A stretch of DNA of 64,000 nucleotides from Dimorphilus gyrociliatus (Eukaryota > Animalia > Annelida), in contig CAJFCJ010000008.1 in the NCBI GenBank assembly GCA_904063045.1, forward strand, positions 682,001 through 746,000, given 5' to 3'. The position numbers were made by a program, and so were the translations under genes. The notes under the pieces were generated by a model. The model was not told the DNA's origin and made no database searches. It was given only the letters and a program-made list of their open reading frames with translations. Positions 49,112-61,809 of the stretch are shown here, one piece after another. Positions within the stretch are counted from its first letter, which is position 1. Each line of letters begins with the position of its first letter.

Positions 49112-50869
49112 TTAATTGCGCGATATTGCGCATCTAGCTAAGCGTTCATCGTTTGTATTAAAGGCCAAGCAAGTTGCCAAAGCATTCGATAGATTAAAGC
49201 TTCTTGGCACAGCAGTCTTTCTTTTCCAAACATCTTCATCCTCGTCATATCGCCAAATCTCACTTTCAGTTGCTTGAGGATGTTCTCGTCCAATCGATAA
49301 AAATTCACCATTAACAGATACAAAGTGGCCAACGCTTCTGCCACTCATAGTTTGCGTAAGAACTGTCCATTGATTTTTATTGCTGTCGTAACATTCTAAA
49401 TGAATGTTAGACAGGTGACTCTGACTATGAGTCCCTCCAGCCACAAAAATTTGGTCTTTATGAACTAACATCTGATGTAGTCGTCTGGAAAATTTCATTG
49501 GTTCCCTATATATCCAGCTCCCATTGTCGAATTCTAACAATTGATTGGACGGCTCTCTATTAACAACCCCACCGCTAATAAATATCCTATCTCCTAGAGA
49601 TACTCCGGAATGGGAGTGAGTAGGTAATGGTAAATTTGTACCGGTTAACCACGTATTTCTAGCTGAATTATAAACTTCAATCGAGTCTAAAGGTTGAAGC
49701 AGATCGTCCATACCGCCAGAAATCAATAGCATACTCTTGGATAGGGCGAAGAAAGCGGCGTCTATCCTTACAGTCTGGTTAGTAGTCAATTGAACAACAC
49801 TTAAGTGCCGTGGATCGAATCGCAAAAGTTGAGCCAGGGACGTACCGCCGCCGGCATCCAAAATTCTATAGATGAATAAAAAATTATCCAAAGAAGTGGT
49901 TCTCGAGTCTTTGGCACCATTCACGTCTCCTGAAAGCCTGTATAATCTATCGTTATCAACATTTAAAGTAAAAATATCTAATGGTTGATAAACCGATCCA
50001 TGTTGTGTGCATACGAGCATTTCTGTCGGCGTTCTTAATCTAGTTCGACTATTTAACAATGGGTGTTTAACTAATGAGTCGTCATGATAAGCCCTACCCT
50101 CGTTAACTATGTTGATAGTTTGTCCTTTGCACAGACTATGTGTGGATAGTTCAACCAAAACGCTATCTGGTAATAGAGAGAATCTTACATTCTCCATTAG
50201 CCTAACAGAGTCTTGTAACCTTGTTGATTTTCCATAACTAACCCACTTCATAACATGATCAAATAAATGACGTTCATTGGAGACAATCAAGTCGTCACTC
50301 GCTAATATTTGGCACAATTCATTAGCTGAAGTCCTCTTGAATCGTTCGGATTTGGAAAACTCTTCGAAATTTCTTAGACTCATCTGTCTATAATAATCTT
50401 GAACTTTCTTTAAGGCATATCTGTCGGCTACAGCAAGAATTTCATCAGCACTTTCAAAGGTTAGTTTATGTATTAAATAATTTGAACAGGCTTCAAGGGC
50501 TGTAGCGATTTGTAGATGAGATGAAGCGTCTAATATGGCTGTAATGTTGTTTGTATCTAACGTTAGACGTCCACTGTACATAAATTCTATAATTGATGTT
50601 AGGGTCGTTCCTGGAATTCCTTTCAAATCGACAGAACGTTCACGGCTTTCCTTCATCGGCCCAAGAAGCATTGCCCTAAAATAATCGGAAGTGGCTACAA
50701 GAACGAGGGCATGAACCCTGACTGAGACTCTTTCAGCAGTAACTGTGAAATCACACAGTGAATCTTCTGCTCGAAGTTCGCGTAATTTATCAACTAAATT
50801 TTCGCCGTAAGAATCGGCGGTCACGTCAACCCTGTGCGTAGGAGACGTTTTCCTCGAAATTAAAGCCAT
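49112..50869 (-). CDS. Kelch-like protein (BTB-BACK-Kelch), intronless CDS, divergent
   Basis: LCDFTV...VHALVLVATSDYFRAML...MKES, a BACK helix region, and Kelch repeats with GG/YD/W signatures (ISGG, VAGG, ECYDSNKNQW). Confidence 0.9.
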   Translation of the reverse strand: MALISRKTSPTHRVDVTADSYGENLVDKLRELRAEDSLCDFTVTAERVSVRVHALVLVATSDYFRAMLLGPMKESRERSVDLKGIPGTTLTSIIEFMYSGRLTLDTNNITAILDASSHLQIATALEACSNYLIHKLTFESADEILAVADRYALKKVQDYYRQMSLRNFEEFSKSERFKRTSANELCQILASDDLIVSNERHLFDHVMKWVSYGKSTRLQDSVRLMENVRFSLLPDSVLVELSTHSLCKGQTINIVNEGRAYHDDSLVKHPLLNSRTRLRTPTEMLVCTQHGSVYQPLDIFTLNVDNDRLYRLSGDVNGAKDSRTTSLDNFLFIYRILDAGGGTSLAQLLRFDPRHLSVVQLTTNQTVRIDAAFFALSKSMLLISGGMDDLLQPLDSIEVYNSARNTWLTGTNLPLPTHSHSGVSLGDRIFISGGVVNREPSNQLLEFDNGSWIYREPMKFSRRLHQMLVHKDQIFVAGGTHSQSHLSNIHLECYDSNKNQWTVLTQTMSGRSVGHFVSVNGEFLSIGREHPQATESEIWRYDEDEDVWKRKTAVPRSFNLSNALATCLAFNTNDERLARCAISRN

Positions 50870-51983
50870 TGTCTATTCTCGTTTTCACTTAAATCATGCA
50901 AATATATGAAGATGGTTTAGAACCAAAGCGTTCTAGAAGCTGTCCCTGAATTTTATTTGAGGTAGAATACCGACTTGCTCCATTTATCATCACCACTCGG
51001 TAAGGAATATTTCACCTACTTAATACGGTAAGGCCATCTATATTCCCAATGAAAGCGACACCTATTGATTCTTTTTTCTCGAGCGTTTTGATTCGTTGAA
51101 TATTTATGACCGTTGAAAGGTTCAAAGCTGATTGGCTGATTCTATAAGAGGGCAGAGAATAAAGGGAATAGATCAATCGTACTACTTTTAGGGGATTTAA
51201 TTGATGAATGTAAATTAGAATTTTATGAAGTTTAAATAATATCCTGTAAGTTATTCAATGAAACATATCACTCTGTATTTTTGAGTATACAAAGCGAGGT
51301 CTCATTCCAAACAAAAAGAAGGACATATCGATTAAGATAACTAAATATTTACATCTTTTAAATACTTGCTTTATAATTTATAAAATCATACTTGAAGAAT
51401 GATCATTTAATCATAAAGCTCCTATTATTATTGTATTAATTATCTCACTAGTACTTTATTGATCCCTTGTTTACTTTTAAAAAAAGACAACCGAGTATAA
51501 GAGAGTAGGAGAGAGAGAGAGAGAGAGAAACGAGAAGAAAATCAATCAATGAAAGTAAATATTGAGTTTTATATGATAATACAAAATTATTGATTAGATT
51601 ACGTTCTTTTTTTTATCATTTTCAAAAAAGAAATATTGATTGAAAATATGTGAAATTATTTATTTTATTTCATTGTTGAAAGGTTTTTGAATAAAAAATC
51701 ATTATTTATTCCAAAATCTGAATATCATCGGGAAAGTAAAAGAAGAGGAAATTATTATCTTCCCTTCCGTTTCATTTAGAAAATGTATTTTTTGGGAAGA
51801 TGCCTTTTGTTGAGGATGAAAGTGAGGTTTTAGTTAAGAGATTAGAAAGTTTATAGGTGTGGACTAGAGCCATAAACTTCCATTTCAATTATTTGACGAA
51901 TTGTACTAAAAATATAAAATGCCAAAAAGGTCGTAAAGTTTAGGATAATCAGAGAGATACTATCAGTTTTCAAGTTGAACAGT

Positions 51984-53177
51984 TTATGTACCAGTAGAAT
52001 GTCTTTCAGATTTGGTTTTGTCATCAACGTTTGATTCGATGTCAGTTTCCTCTTCTACAAAGTCCGCTCTATTTGAATAGGCCCAAGATTGAGCCTGTCT
52101 TCCACGATTCTTTCTTTGCTCTAGAGCTTGAGCTCCGTCTGATAAATTTCTTCTAAGAATACGATGAGTAGAAATAATGGATTGTCCTAACTCAGAAAAT
52201 GTTCTCGATTGCCTCTTTTGCGAAATTCTTTTGCAATTTCCATCAACACTTTGCGTTTGTTTATAGTTTATGTAAATTATATAAAGTTGAACGGAACCAA
52301 ATAGGATAAGGGCAACGTTCTTTAGTGGATGAATGATTAAAGCAACAGTAAAAAATCCAAATTTTACCATCGTTATTACACGTATGACGACGAATGGAAC
52401 ATCGCAGCAGAATATTCCAACTAGTATATAAATGACTAGACCTCTTGGACTCTCTGCCTGTTCACAGGGTTGCATTGGTATATATTTAATCATTGCGACG
52501 AAGGCGAAAAAGAATGTTATGTAAATCCAATTCGATTTATATATATCAGTTTCAGTTGACATCATCAAAATTTCAATAACATCATAGGCAAAAAAAAAAT
52601 CGACAGACATATTCGTAATCAAGTCAAAAGATAGAACTTCTTCTCTAAACTTTGCCATCCATTCGGTAACTGTTAAACCCATTACCATTGCTTGAAGAGC
52701 AACAGCAGTATTCTTATCCATTTTCAGTACCTAATGATGAATGTCAGTAATAATGTATCTCTAGAGAGATAAAGTATATACCTCTTGTCTGCGAAACCCT
52801 ACAATAATAATAATTAGACATGGTGCCGCACAACAAATCATATATATGACAATAGATGGCCTCCATCCATGAGTCTGCCGCGTTTTCAACCAATACTTTA
52901 CATAAATAAATTTAATTGGTAGATAAATCAGAGCCGAAGCGCTAAAGAATATCGCAAATACTATTCCAAAATACTGAGCTTTCACTTTACTATCATCAAC
53001 ATCGATGAATTTTGTATATTTATACATTTCAGCATAGCGCCAGGCACTAAGCATAATTGGTATAGCGATTGTTATCCATCGTATTAACTCTGTAAAAATT
53101 ATTGTACACGTCTCTCTTGCTGTTTGTGAAGGTAGACATTTTCTAATAGCTGACATACAAGGTAAAAAACAACACAT
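51984..53177 (-). CDS. TMEM236: TMEM236-like multipass membrane protein. Exons 53177-52782 and 52730-51984
   Basis: ELIRWITIAIP, LIYLPIKFI...HGWRPSIV...AAPCL and DVPFVVIR...LKN match my recollection of TMEM236/TMEM26-family motifs. The ORF-track start (53201) is GTG; the first ATG is at 53177. Confidence 0.7.
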
Positions 53178-53957
53178 TTCCCTAGAATTCAGCACCTTCA
53201 CTAAATCAAATAACTAATACAATCCGCTGATAAAACATTTTAAGATAAGATATAAATAAAATCGAGATATACAAGTGAATACTGCGTCAACTTTTAAGGA
53301 TGTCTATTCTAAATAAATACAAAAGAAACTAATTAGTAAATAATAATAGTAATGATATATATTATAATGGATGAACTTTTATCTAATATGTAAAAAGTAT
53401 ATAACTTGCTGAAAAACATGTTGCCTATAATACTAAGTATCAAAAACTAGTTCTCTTCCTCTCCCACACATCCCTCCTTTCTTTACTATCTTTATTTTCC
53501 TCTAATCGTTGTTATCTAATAATCCTTGATTTTAATTAATTTTTCAAAATCAATCGTTTCAATATTATGTAGTGACAGTGTCTGATACTCAATAATGTAT
53601 TTATTTGTGTCGGGCACACTCCTTGAAAATATAGGCCTTTAGTGCTATTCATAATTATTCTCAAGAACATAAGAGTACGAATTTTTATTTTTTTTATATA
53701 TTCTTTAGAAAATATTGCATTATTAATTAATTATAAATTCATTATTACAGAAACTGTAATTATGTAATAATTGTAATCTTAAGATATGGCAAGATAATAT
53801 TCCGTCTCGTCTTGGTCACGTGGCCAGCGTTTCTGAAGGGAATCGGGGAATCGATAAAGTTTTTTTTATTGAAGTAAGCCTGATTCGCCTTGTCGCGTAA
53901 AATCGCGCCATAACCAGAACCAGTCTTCGATCAGGCCATAAACTAGAGACAATCTCA

Positions 53958-55190
53958 ATGGCAGGATTAGCCGAAAAGAAAATTATTTATAATTCTATGT
54001 CAGAAGACGATCCTAATGGAAATAATAGCGGAGAGACAATAGAAGAGGTGAACACACCAAGATGGGGGCCAAATCATGCAGGGGCAAAGGAATTAGCGGC
54101 TGGTTACTCTACAGGTAATGTAATTGTTAGGCCTAAATAGAATTTCGAATTTTTGCTAATATCAACACTTTTAGGAAAGCGTATCCAAGAAATTATGTGT
54201 GTTGCCATAAGCATACCCTTAATGCTTGTGAACATTTACTTTCTATTTGTGAATTTCTCGTTTAATAGATGGTATATCATATTAATAAGTGGAGGTTTGT
54301 AATAATTTATCTAACATAATTATTATGTAACTTGAATTTTGATCTTTTAGTTCTAGGTATCCTGATGGCAGATTTTTTTAGTGGGTTAGTCCACTGGGGA
54401 GCAGATACGTGGGGCAGTGTAGATCTCTTTCTTTTAGGAAAAGTAAGTATATATTTCACTAGGCCTATACAATTGAGATAAACAATTTAGTTTACTAGTA
54501 GGAAGTATTGACAAACGTCGAATGATTTATGTAAAAGTACATATTCAATTAAATTTATCTTTATATTGTCAGAATTAAGCGTAATGTGGCTTATCTCGTC
54601 AATTATCGAACTATATCGTGACATTGCTGTGACTTGCAGCGTTATACATTACATGTTTTTTAACACGTATTTCAATAAACTATCATTGATTGTTTCTTTC
54701 AACTTTTCAGACATTTATTAGACCTTTCCGAGAACATCATATTGATCCTACTGCAATAACAAGACATGATTTTATCGAAGCAAATGGCGATAATTTCGCT
54801 GTCTGTATACCTGCTTTAGTCTATATGGCCTATCAATTTTGTTCTTATGAACAGAAAGATATTGATTTAGTTTACAATAGGAATACTTTTATAATATTTC
54901 TAAGCATTTTTGTCTCAATGACGAATCAAATTCATAAATGGTCACATACATATTTTGGTTTGCCAAATTATATAGTCTGGCTTCAAAATTGCCATATAAT
55001 CCTACCGAGAAAACATCATCGAATTCATCATGTTGCTCCTCATGAAACATACTTTTGTATCACGACTGGTTGGTTAAATTATCCTTTTGAGTATATCGGC
55101 TTTTGGACATTTTTAGAAAATCAGATTGAGAAATTTACAGGTGCCAAACCCAGGTCCGATGATTTGGCATGGGCAAAGAAAACTGATTAG
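53958..55190 (+). CDS. PEDS1: Plasmanylethanolamine desaturase (TMEM189/Kua), 4 exons
   Basis: [70 protein letters not shown]. Confidence 0.96.
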
Positions 55191-55734
55191 ACTATGCTGA
55201 CATGATTTACTTTCTGCTGCTCTGATATCATATTTAATTCTTCTGAAGAAACTTTATCAAAATTCGTTATGTATACCTTTATGTTATATATATAGTATGA
55301 GGCTGGTTTATTGGTAAGCAAATTCTGAACCTTGCATATAAAAGACATTTAATTGTTGTCAAGAAATGTTCAATAGTAGGCAATGAAATATTAGGTTCGA
55401 CTATAGTCTCATTTGATATTGTCCATCAATTTTTAATTATAAATATACCTTTTACTCAATGTTCAAAGGTCCCATGAAAAGATCAGAAAATCTATTTTAT
55501 CACGATTTTCCCACATATATTTACTCTGAAATGTATATAACGTTAAACAAGTATTACGATAGGCTATATCGACATTTTGTACCACATTTTAATGATAAAA
55601 AGAGTTCTCACAGTGTAATGTGCACTTGTTTCATTGAAAAGGAAAGTATATATATTTAATACATGCAGTTATGTTTCTATCAGTGTGCTATTGAATCAAT
55701 ATAGTTTATACACATACGAATTTTGCAATTCTGT

Positions 55735-58649
55735 CTATTTGAATTTGAAATTTGTTCGTATCAGATATTTCATTCTTATTTGTTGAACATCGTATACAAT
55801 ATACTCGTTGTACATTAGAGATGTTTTAGTTGATCCAATTAGCGGATTATCAACACCTTTACCGCAAGGTACAATGACGTCATTTCTGAAATAAAAATAT
55901 ATAGTATATAATTCTTTTTATGTTATCTACTATTCGCTCTTACAGTTTTTTAACAACTTTCGGATCTGGAGCTGTTCTACCAACTCCATGAGTGCTTGAC
56001 ATTCCTTTTGGTAAATTTGATGCATTATAATCGGCCGCGAATTTTTTGCAAGTTTCGCCCAGTGCTACTTCGCAAAGTAATAGTAGTCCTGTTGAATTTA
56101 CCTTATTTGCAAAGCAGTAGTTAGCACTCTTGCTAGACATGTCAGCAAAATAAACGCCTTTTCCGAACTTAAAAAAACAAAACAATTATTACATTTTACA
56201 CTTTTGTAGATGTACAGTATACCATATAGCCAGTAACAGGCGCTTCAGGTGGTGCTATTCGAAGTCCTTTGCTAAGAATTCCAACCCAGTTGGTTAGTCG
56301 AGATCCATGCCATAAAAGCATTCTAAAAGGAATAGTTAGTTTAAATATAAATTGTGTTCATTTAAAGGAATAATTTTAAGTTCATACTTGTTTCCAACAT
56401 CATTATATACTTTATCCTCTCCATCTCTTTCTACTTCGAAAATTTCTTTTATTTCCAAATCATATTGACGATGCGTCTTTGCGTGAGTATTTTGCATATA
56501 CTCATTGATAATCTAACATGGCAAAGGTACTTGTCAGTGAAAATACCTATTAATCTGAATGTTGAATTTACCTTGAACTCATTAGATTCTTGCTTTATTA
56601 GTTTAAGATCACATCGTAATGATTTATAGTGTGAATCGATCGGATTTTCACCTTCATCCACATTCTTTAGAACGTTCATAGCAATTTCAATATCACCTAG
56701 AGTCTTTTTAGGAAACGTTGGGTAATGAATTATCCATCTTCAAAGATTAAAGTAAAATGTATGTATAAATACCTCGAGCAACTGTAGTTTAGTTTTCACT
56801 TCTTGCATAGTACTTATTAGTGGAGGTCTCTTCATTCTACGTTGAAAACATTGTTAATTTTGAAGATGTTTTTCTTACAAAAATGGAATTCGTACCCGAA
56901 ATTATGTGGTATTTTAGTGTAAAAGTTACTACAAGCGTCAACCAGAGATGTTTTTGACTTTCCTTCAATGCACTCAACAACACTCTTTAAAGCAGCAAAA
57001 CCAGCCTTAATTTGATTAGGGGTGAGTTTACCCAATGGAGCTTTTTCAGCATCATATTTTAATTCAACAACAGCTGCTTCCATAGCTTTGACATCGCTAA
57101 TAAGCTTGATAAGGTCTTGTACTGGTTTATCTAGAGATGATTCTCGAATTTCTGTTTTTATTCCTGGTTTTGGATTTGCTACTTCTGGTTTAGCCGTATC
57201 CTGCGAATAATTAAAATATATAGATTATTTAGATTAAATGTTAGGGGAAAGGAATTTAGTGAAGTGTTTGAAAAATTATTTTTCAAAAAGTAATGTATAC
57301 TAACAGTACTGTAGTCTATATGAACAAGATCATATTTTCCTTGTATTTTGACAAATGACTTTCGACTCGACCATTGATTCCTTGTTTTATCATAAAACCT
57401 AAAGAGAATTGTGAAAGAGAAAAGAATATTTAAACATATTGGATAGTTACTTTTTTTCAAAAGTTTTTTTTGCGCCATCCAGGGAAGATCGTGCAAGATT
57501 GGTCTGTCCTTTGACTCCAACTCTTCCCCATCGTGTCCAAACACAATATGAGGAAGCAGATTTTTGTTTTAATAGTTGAATAATGTAAAATTTGTTATTG
57601 TTATGATTCACATTTGTCTGAAACAATAAAGAAGGAATTATATTTATTATATTCGATTTATGGTTAGTTGTGAATTGTCAATTTGAATACCTGGTTGAGC
57701 ATTGCGTCATAAATATCATCACCTTCAACATAGACCTCGTATATCTCAGGATTCGAAATTTCCGGGTCTACTGGTATTTTTCCAACTTCCATTCTATATG
57801 TTTTGGCTAAATTCGACGAAATTGCTATAGAAAATAATACTTATTTTGTTTTTGATTTTACTTGACTTAGTGATAGGTTTCTCATCTGTTTCCTTTGTTT
57901 CTGTTTTTACATCAAGACCATCTTCGTCGAAAGTTTTTGTTACTGTGACATCTGTTCGTCAGGCAGTTTTAAAGATATGACTTAATTTATTTGTTGAGCT
58001 TTATTACCTGACGTTATTTTTTTAAGTTTATCTTCTACAGATTCTCCAACGGCTGTCATACAATCGAAATCAACAGTTGCTAATTCTTCCAATTCACCGT
58101 TTTCAAGATGAAGATCTGTAATATCAACCGTGCTTTCCTTCGTTTTTAATGCTTCCGATATCCGAGTTACATTATATGCCGAGAGCGTCTTTACATTTTC
58201 TATTTGCCAAATTTCGTTATCTAAAGGGAATGATTTATTAGTGAATTTCATGGAGTTGTTTAAAATATCAATAGTCATACCAATAAGGTATCTTAACTGA
58301 ATTTCTTTGCGAGCTTTCTTTGCGATCATATTCTTAAAATTTATATTGAAGCCTGATACTTTCACCTAAAAATAAACCAATTCCTTGATTAATTAGCTAC
58401 AAGCTTGGGATGATTTTTTACAGTTTTTTTTCCATGTTCATAAGCTGCATTGATATCAGCATTTACTTCATCAGGTAACTTATTCCATTTATTATTTAAA
58501 TCAAGCCATTGCCAAGAACATTCTAGTTTTGGCTTTTTCGCTACATCAGCTGAATCGGGTGCAGATTCTAAACGAAGAATGCTATTTTAATTTAGAAATA
58601 TTTGTTAAAGAAATTTAATACTTGAGCTTCTTTTGCTTTTACGTGGCAT
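55735..58649 (-). CDS. PARP2: Full-length PARP2-like enzyme (copy B): WWE-WWE-WGR-regulatory-catalytic, about 12 exons
   Basis: SWQWLD..KW (WWE), YDAMLNQ|[21 protein letters not shown] (WGR), PLGKLT..QI, FYTKIPH, LLWHGSR, GVYFAD, YNEYIVY. The H-Y-E triad is intact. Confidence 0.92.
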
Positions 58650-59778
58650 ATCTATTTTCTTTATGCGTGTTTTGCCTAGGTATCTGTAAAACTGACAGGA
58701 AAATTTCCTTCAGTAAGATTTTATATACCAATCGATGACTAAACTTGGGCAGGTAATAACAAGACAAGGCATATATTGAACAAATATTGGCCGCTACGGA
58801 TATAGTATTACTAACTTCCGCGTGGAGTTGTTCTTATTAAAGAGATATTAAATGAAGAAATTTTTTGTTATAAAAATAACATTAAAATTTAAGAAAAAGC
58901 AAATAATCTAAAGTAAATTAATACTTTAAACGAGTTTTCATATATTAAAAATTTTTTGAGATATTAAAGAGCACTTTCAAGAAAGTTTATCATTTCAAAC
59001 GCTACGCGGTTAAATGTTCCATAAATCGAAGATAGTGATAAATAGGCAAATTACAAGTATTTTTGTACAATTAGAAATTAATACTGGCTTTAATTTTTGG
59101 TTTTATATGTGCTATTTAACTTTTAGTCAAAAAACTTCTGCTTAAAAATGCTCTTAAGAGTAAAGGAAGAGTCTATGGATAAATATCTATTTATTAAAAT
59201 TATTTGTACTCAGAGAATGCCATTTACATATAATGTTAAATGTTAAAGATTCCTTTGTTTTAATAATGAAAGAGAGAAAATAGTGTTTAAATGGACAAGA
59301 AGCTTTTTAGACAATAAGTTTATAAAAACTCAACTTTGTAACCTTATTACATTTAGGAATGATTTCTGCAAATTTATCAGTCATTTTGTGCCAACAGAAG
59401 CAAAACAAAATGATTATTTTGCTGTCATAAATGCATTTTCTCCATCAAATTCGTCTTTATAATATGATTCATTACTATAGTTTTAGTTATTTTTAACTTT
59501 CTAAAATATTCTTTAACCACGATTATTCTGAGTTTATATCTTAAATGTAAAATAATCATTCTCTTTTCAAAATGAAGGATGCTCAAAATTTATTTATATA
59601 GCGAAGTATCGCTCACTATTTTATTAGAAATTGAAGATATTGTCTGCAAGGGGAACAATGTCTGTTGATGAGTATATGAAATTGCAGTTTTTATTTTTAA
59701 TAATTTATCTACTTTTAATATTGAAATGATAGATTAAATACAGCTTGCACAAAAGGACAAAAGGTTATAGACAAAACA

Positions 59779-59990
59779 TCAAATGTCATAATTTGAACTA
59801 AAAGCCATTCGTATCAGATATTTCTTTTTGTTTGACATACATGTATATAATGTATTCAATGTACTTCTAAGATGCTATAGGCTTACCAATACCTTTTACC
59901 ACCAGGTACGACGATATCATTTCTGGAATAATAAAAAAATATACAGTTTAATAATTTTTTCAGATCTGGAACTATTCAACTAATTCCGTA
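59779..59990 (-). pseudogene. Decayed remnant of the last 1.2 catalytic-domain exons of PARP copy A
   Basis: Aligns by eye to copy B: GGAATTAGTTGAATAGTTCCAGATCTG vs GGAGTTGGTAGAACAGCTCCAGATCCG (AGA->TGA), NDIVVPGGK vs NDVIVPCGK followed by a +1 A frameshift, then KYIEYIIY...KYLIR vs MYNEYIVY...KYLIR. Confidence 0.85.
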
Positions 59991-60084
59991 AGTAGATGTC
60001 TCGTTTAGTAAATTTAGATTAAGGTGATAATGGAAAATAACTTTTTGTGAAATGATTAAAATGTTTAAAAGTTGTTGGCGATAT

Positions 60085-61546
60085 CTAAAAATATTTCAAA
60101 AAGTAATGTGTACGAACAGTACTGTAGTCTATATGAATAAGATCATATTTTCCTTTTACGCTTTCAAATGATTTTCGATCTGACCAATGATTCTTTGTTT
60201 TGTCATAAAACCTAAAGAAAACTGTAATATAGACAAGAATATTCAAATATATTAGATAGTTACTTTTTTTCAAAAGCTTTCTTTGCTTCGTCAGTGCTTT
60301 GATATGAAATCAAACTGCTCTGTCCTTTGACTCCAACTCTTCCCCATCGTGTCCAAAGGCAATATGAGGCGGCACTTTTTTGTATTAATAGTTGTATAAC
60401 GTAAAACTTGTTGTTGTTTTTACCAATATTGGTCTGACATAAGAAAGAAAGAATTATATTCACTTTATTACATTCGATTTATGGTTAGTTGTGAATTATC
60501 AATTTGAATACCTGGTTGAGCATTGCATCATAAATATCATCACCTTCAACATATACCTTGTATAATTCAGGACATGTAATATGTGAGTCTACCGGTATCT
60601 TGTCAGACTGATTGGGTACAGCTTTACCTTTAAAGATATTTTACGGGTAAACTTTGTGTGAATTAGGGTAAAACTCTATTTTTACTTGGTTTTGTTTTTA
60701 CAGTGTCTGCTTTGTCATTAAAATTTTTTGTTCTTGTCGAATCTGTGCTGAATATAATTTATTTCATTGAAAATTGGTCAGCGTATTATTAAATGACTAC
60801 CGGACTCGATTCTTTTAATATCATTGTCAATAATTCCGCCCATCGCATACATATCATCAAACGTTATCTCAACAAGGTCATCATCTTCGTCATTTTCAAC
60901 GTAGACACCTGTGAGTTGAATTGATGGTTGCTTGGCCTTGAACGCTGCTTCAATCAGTTCAACATTTTCTGCGTTCATTGGATGATGATTTTCAACTTTC
61001 CACGTTACATTGTCTAAGACCCGCAAGTTAAATTGAATTAAAAATTCTATGAAACTGATCAATTAAAATGAATTCCTTTTGAAAAAGTTGGAAAGAAAAA
61101 GCTTTTTCTTATAATTTCTTAGAAAATATATTAATATATATTCCATTTAAGATATATTTGCTTACTTAGAAAATACCGCAAATAATATTGTCTTTCTTCT
61201 TTTCTTGCAATCATATCTCTGAAGGTTATTATATATTCTTGTACAGTTGCCTGCAAAATGATAACGTCCTTATGCTCACAGAGAAAAAGAAATATTATGC
61301 AATATCTTACAGATGGACTACCAGCTCTAAAGGATTGATTTAATTGTTGATTAATATGGTCGGTAAATTTATACCAATTACCATCTTCATCTAACCACTC
61401 CCATGATGCATTGACCTTTTCTTTTTTAGCTGGTGTGCTTTTCCTTGAAGCTGTTATGTAATAAACGTGAAAGTACAATAAATTGAAAAAGTTGTTAAGT
61501 GCATAAGGAATTTACTGTTAGCTGCTCTTTTCCTTCCACCCGGCAT
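60085..61546 (-). CDS. Truncated PARP paralog (copy A): NLS-like start, WWE-WWE-WGR only, about 300 aa, 8 exons
   Basis: Exons 61546-61516, 61450-61311, 61250-61166, 61013-~60802, 60742-60686, ~60628-60512, ~60434-60263 and ~60211-60085 splice in frame at positions homologous to copy B. It ends after IDYST(VRTHYFLKYF*), and no regulatory-domain exons follow. Confidence 0.75.
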
Positions 61547-61809
61547 ACTTTCACTGATTTGACAGAAATGTAACAAGAAAGCAAATTGCTGTGTAAGAGA
61601 AAAAAATGCCGAGATCAGCCGACTTCTGAAACGTTAAACAGGCGCCATTCTTGTAGACTAGTTACGGGGTATTTCTATTATATGAACGGCGCGTGTACAT
61701 AAACAGACTACGATCACATCTTGATTTACTATATAGATTGGAATTTTTTTTACACAATTGTATTTTTTACATTGGACTTAAATACATTTATAAAACTTTA
61801 TAACAAAAA

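Noticed and set aside
58221-58280. Extra 20-aa insert between the WWE domains of PARP copy B (as in the ORF track)
   Set aside because: It is most likely a 60-nt stop-free GT-AG intron at the same position as a copy A intron.
58649-60263. Read-through fusion of PARP copy A into copy B
   Set aside because: An in-frame join is possible only by skipping A's last exon (60263 donor to the 58683 acceptor). Copy B appears to have its own 5'-UTR exon, and there is no positive evidence.
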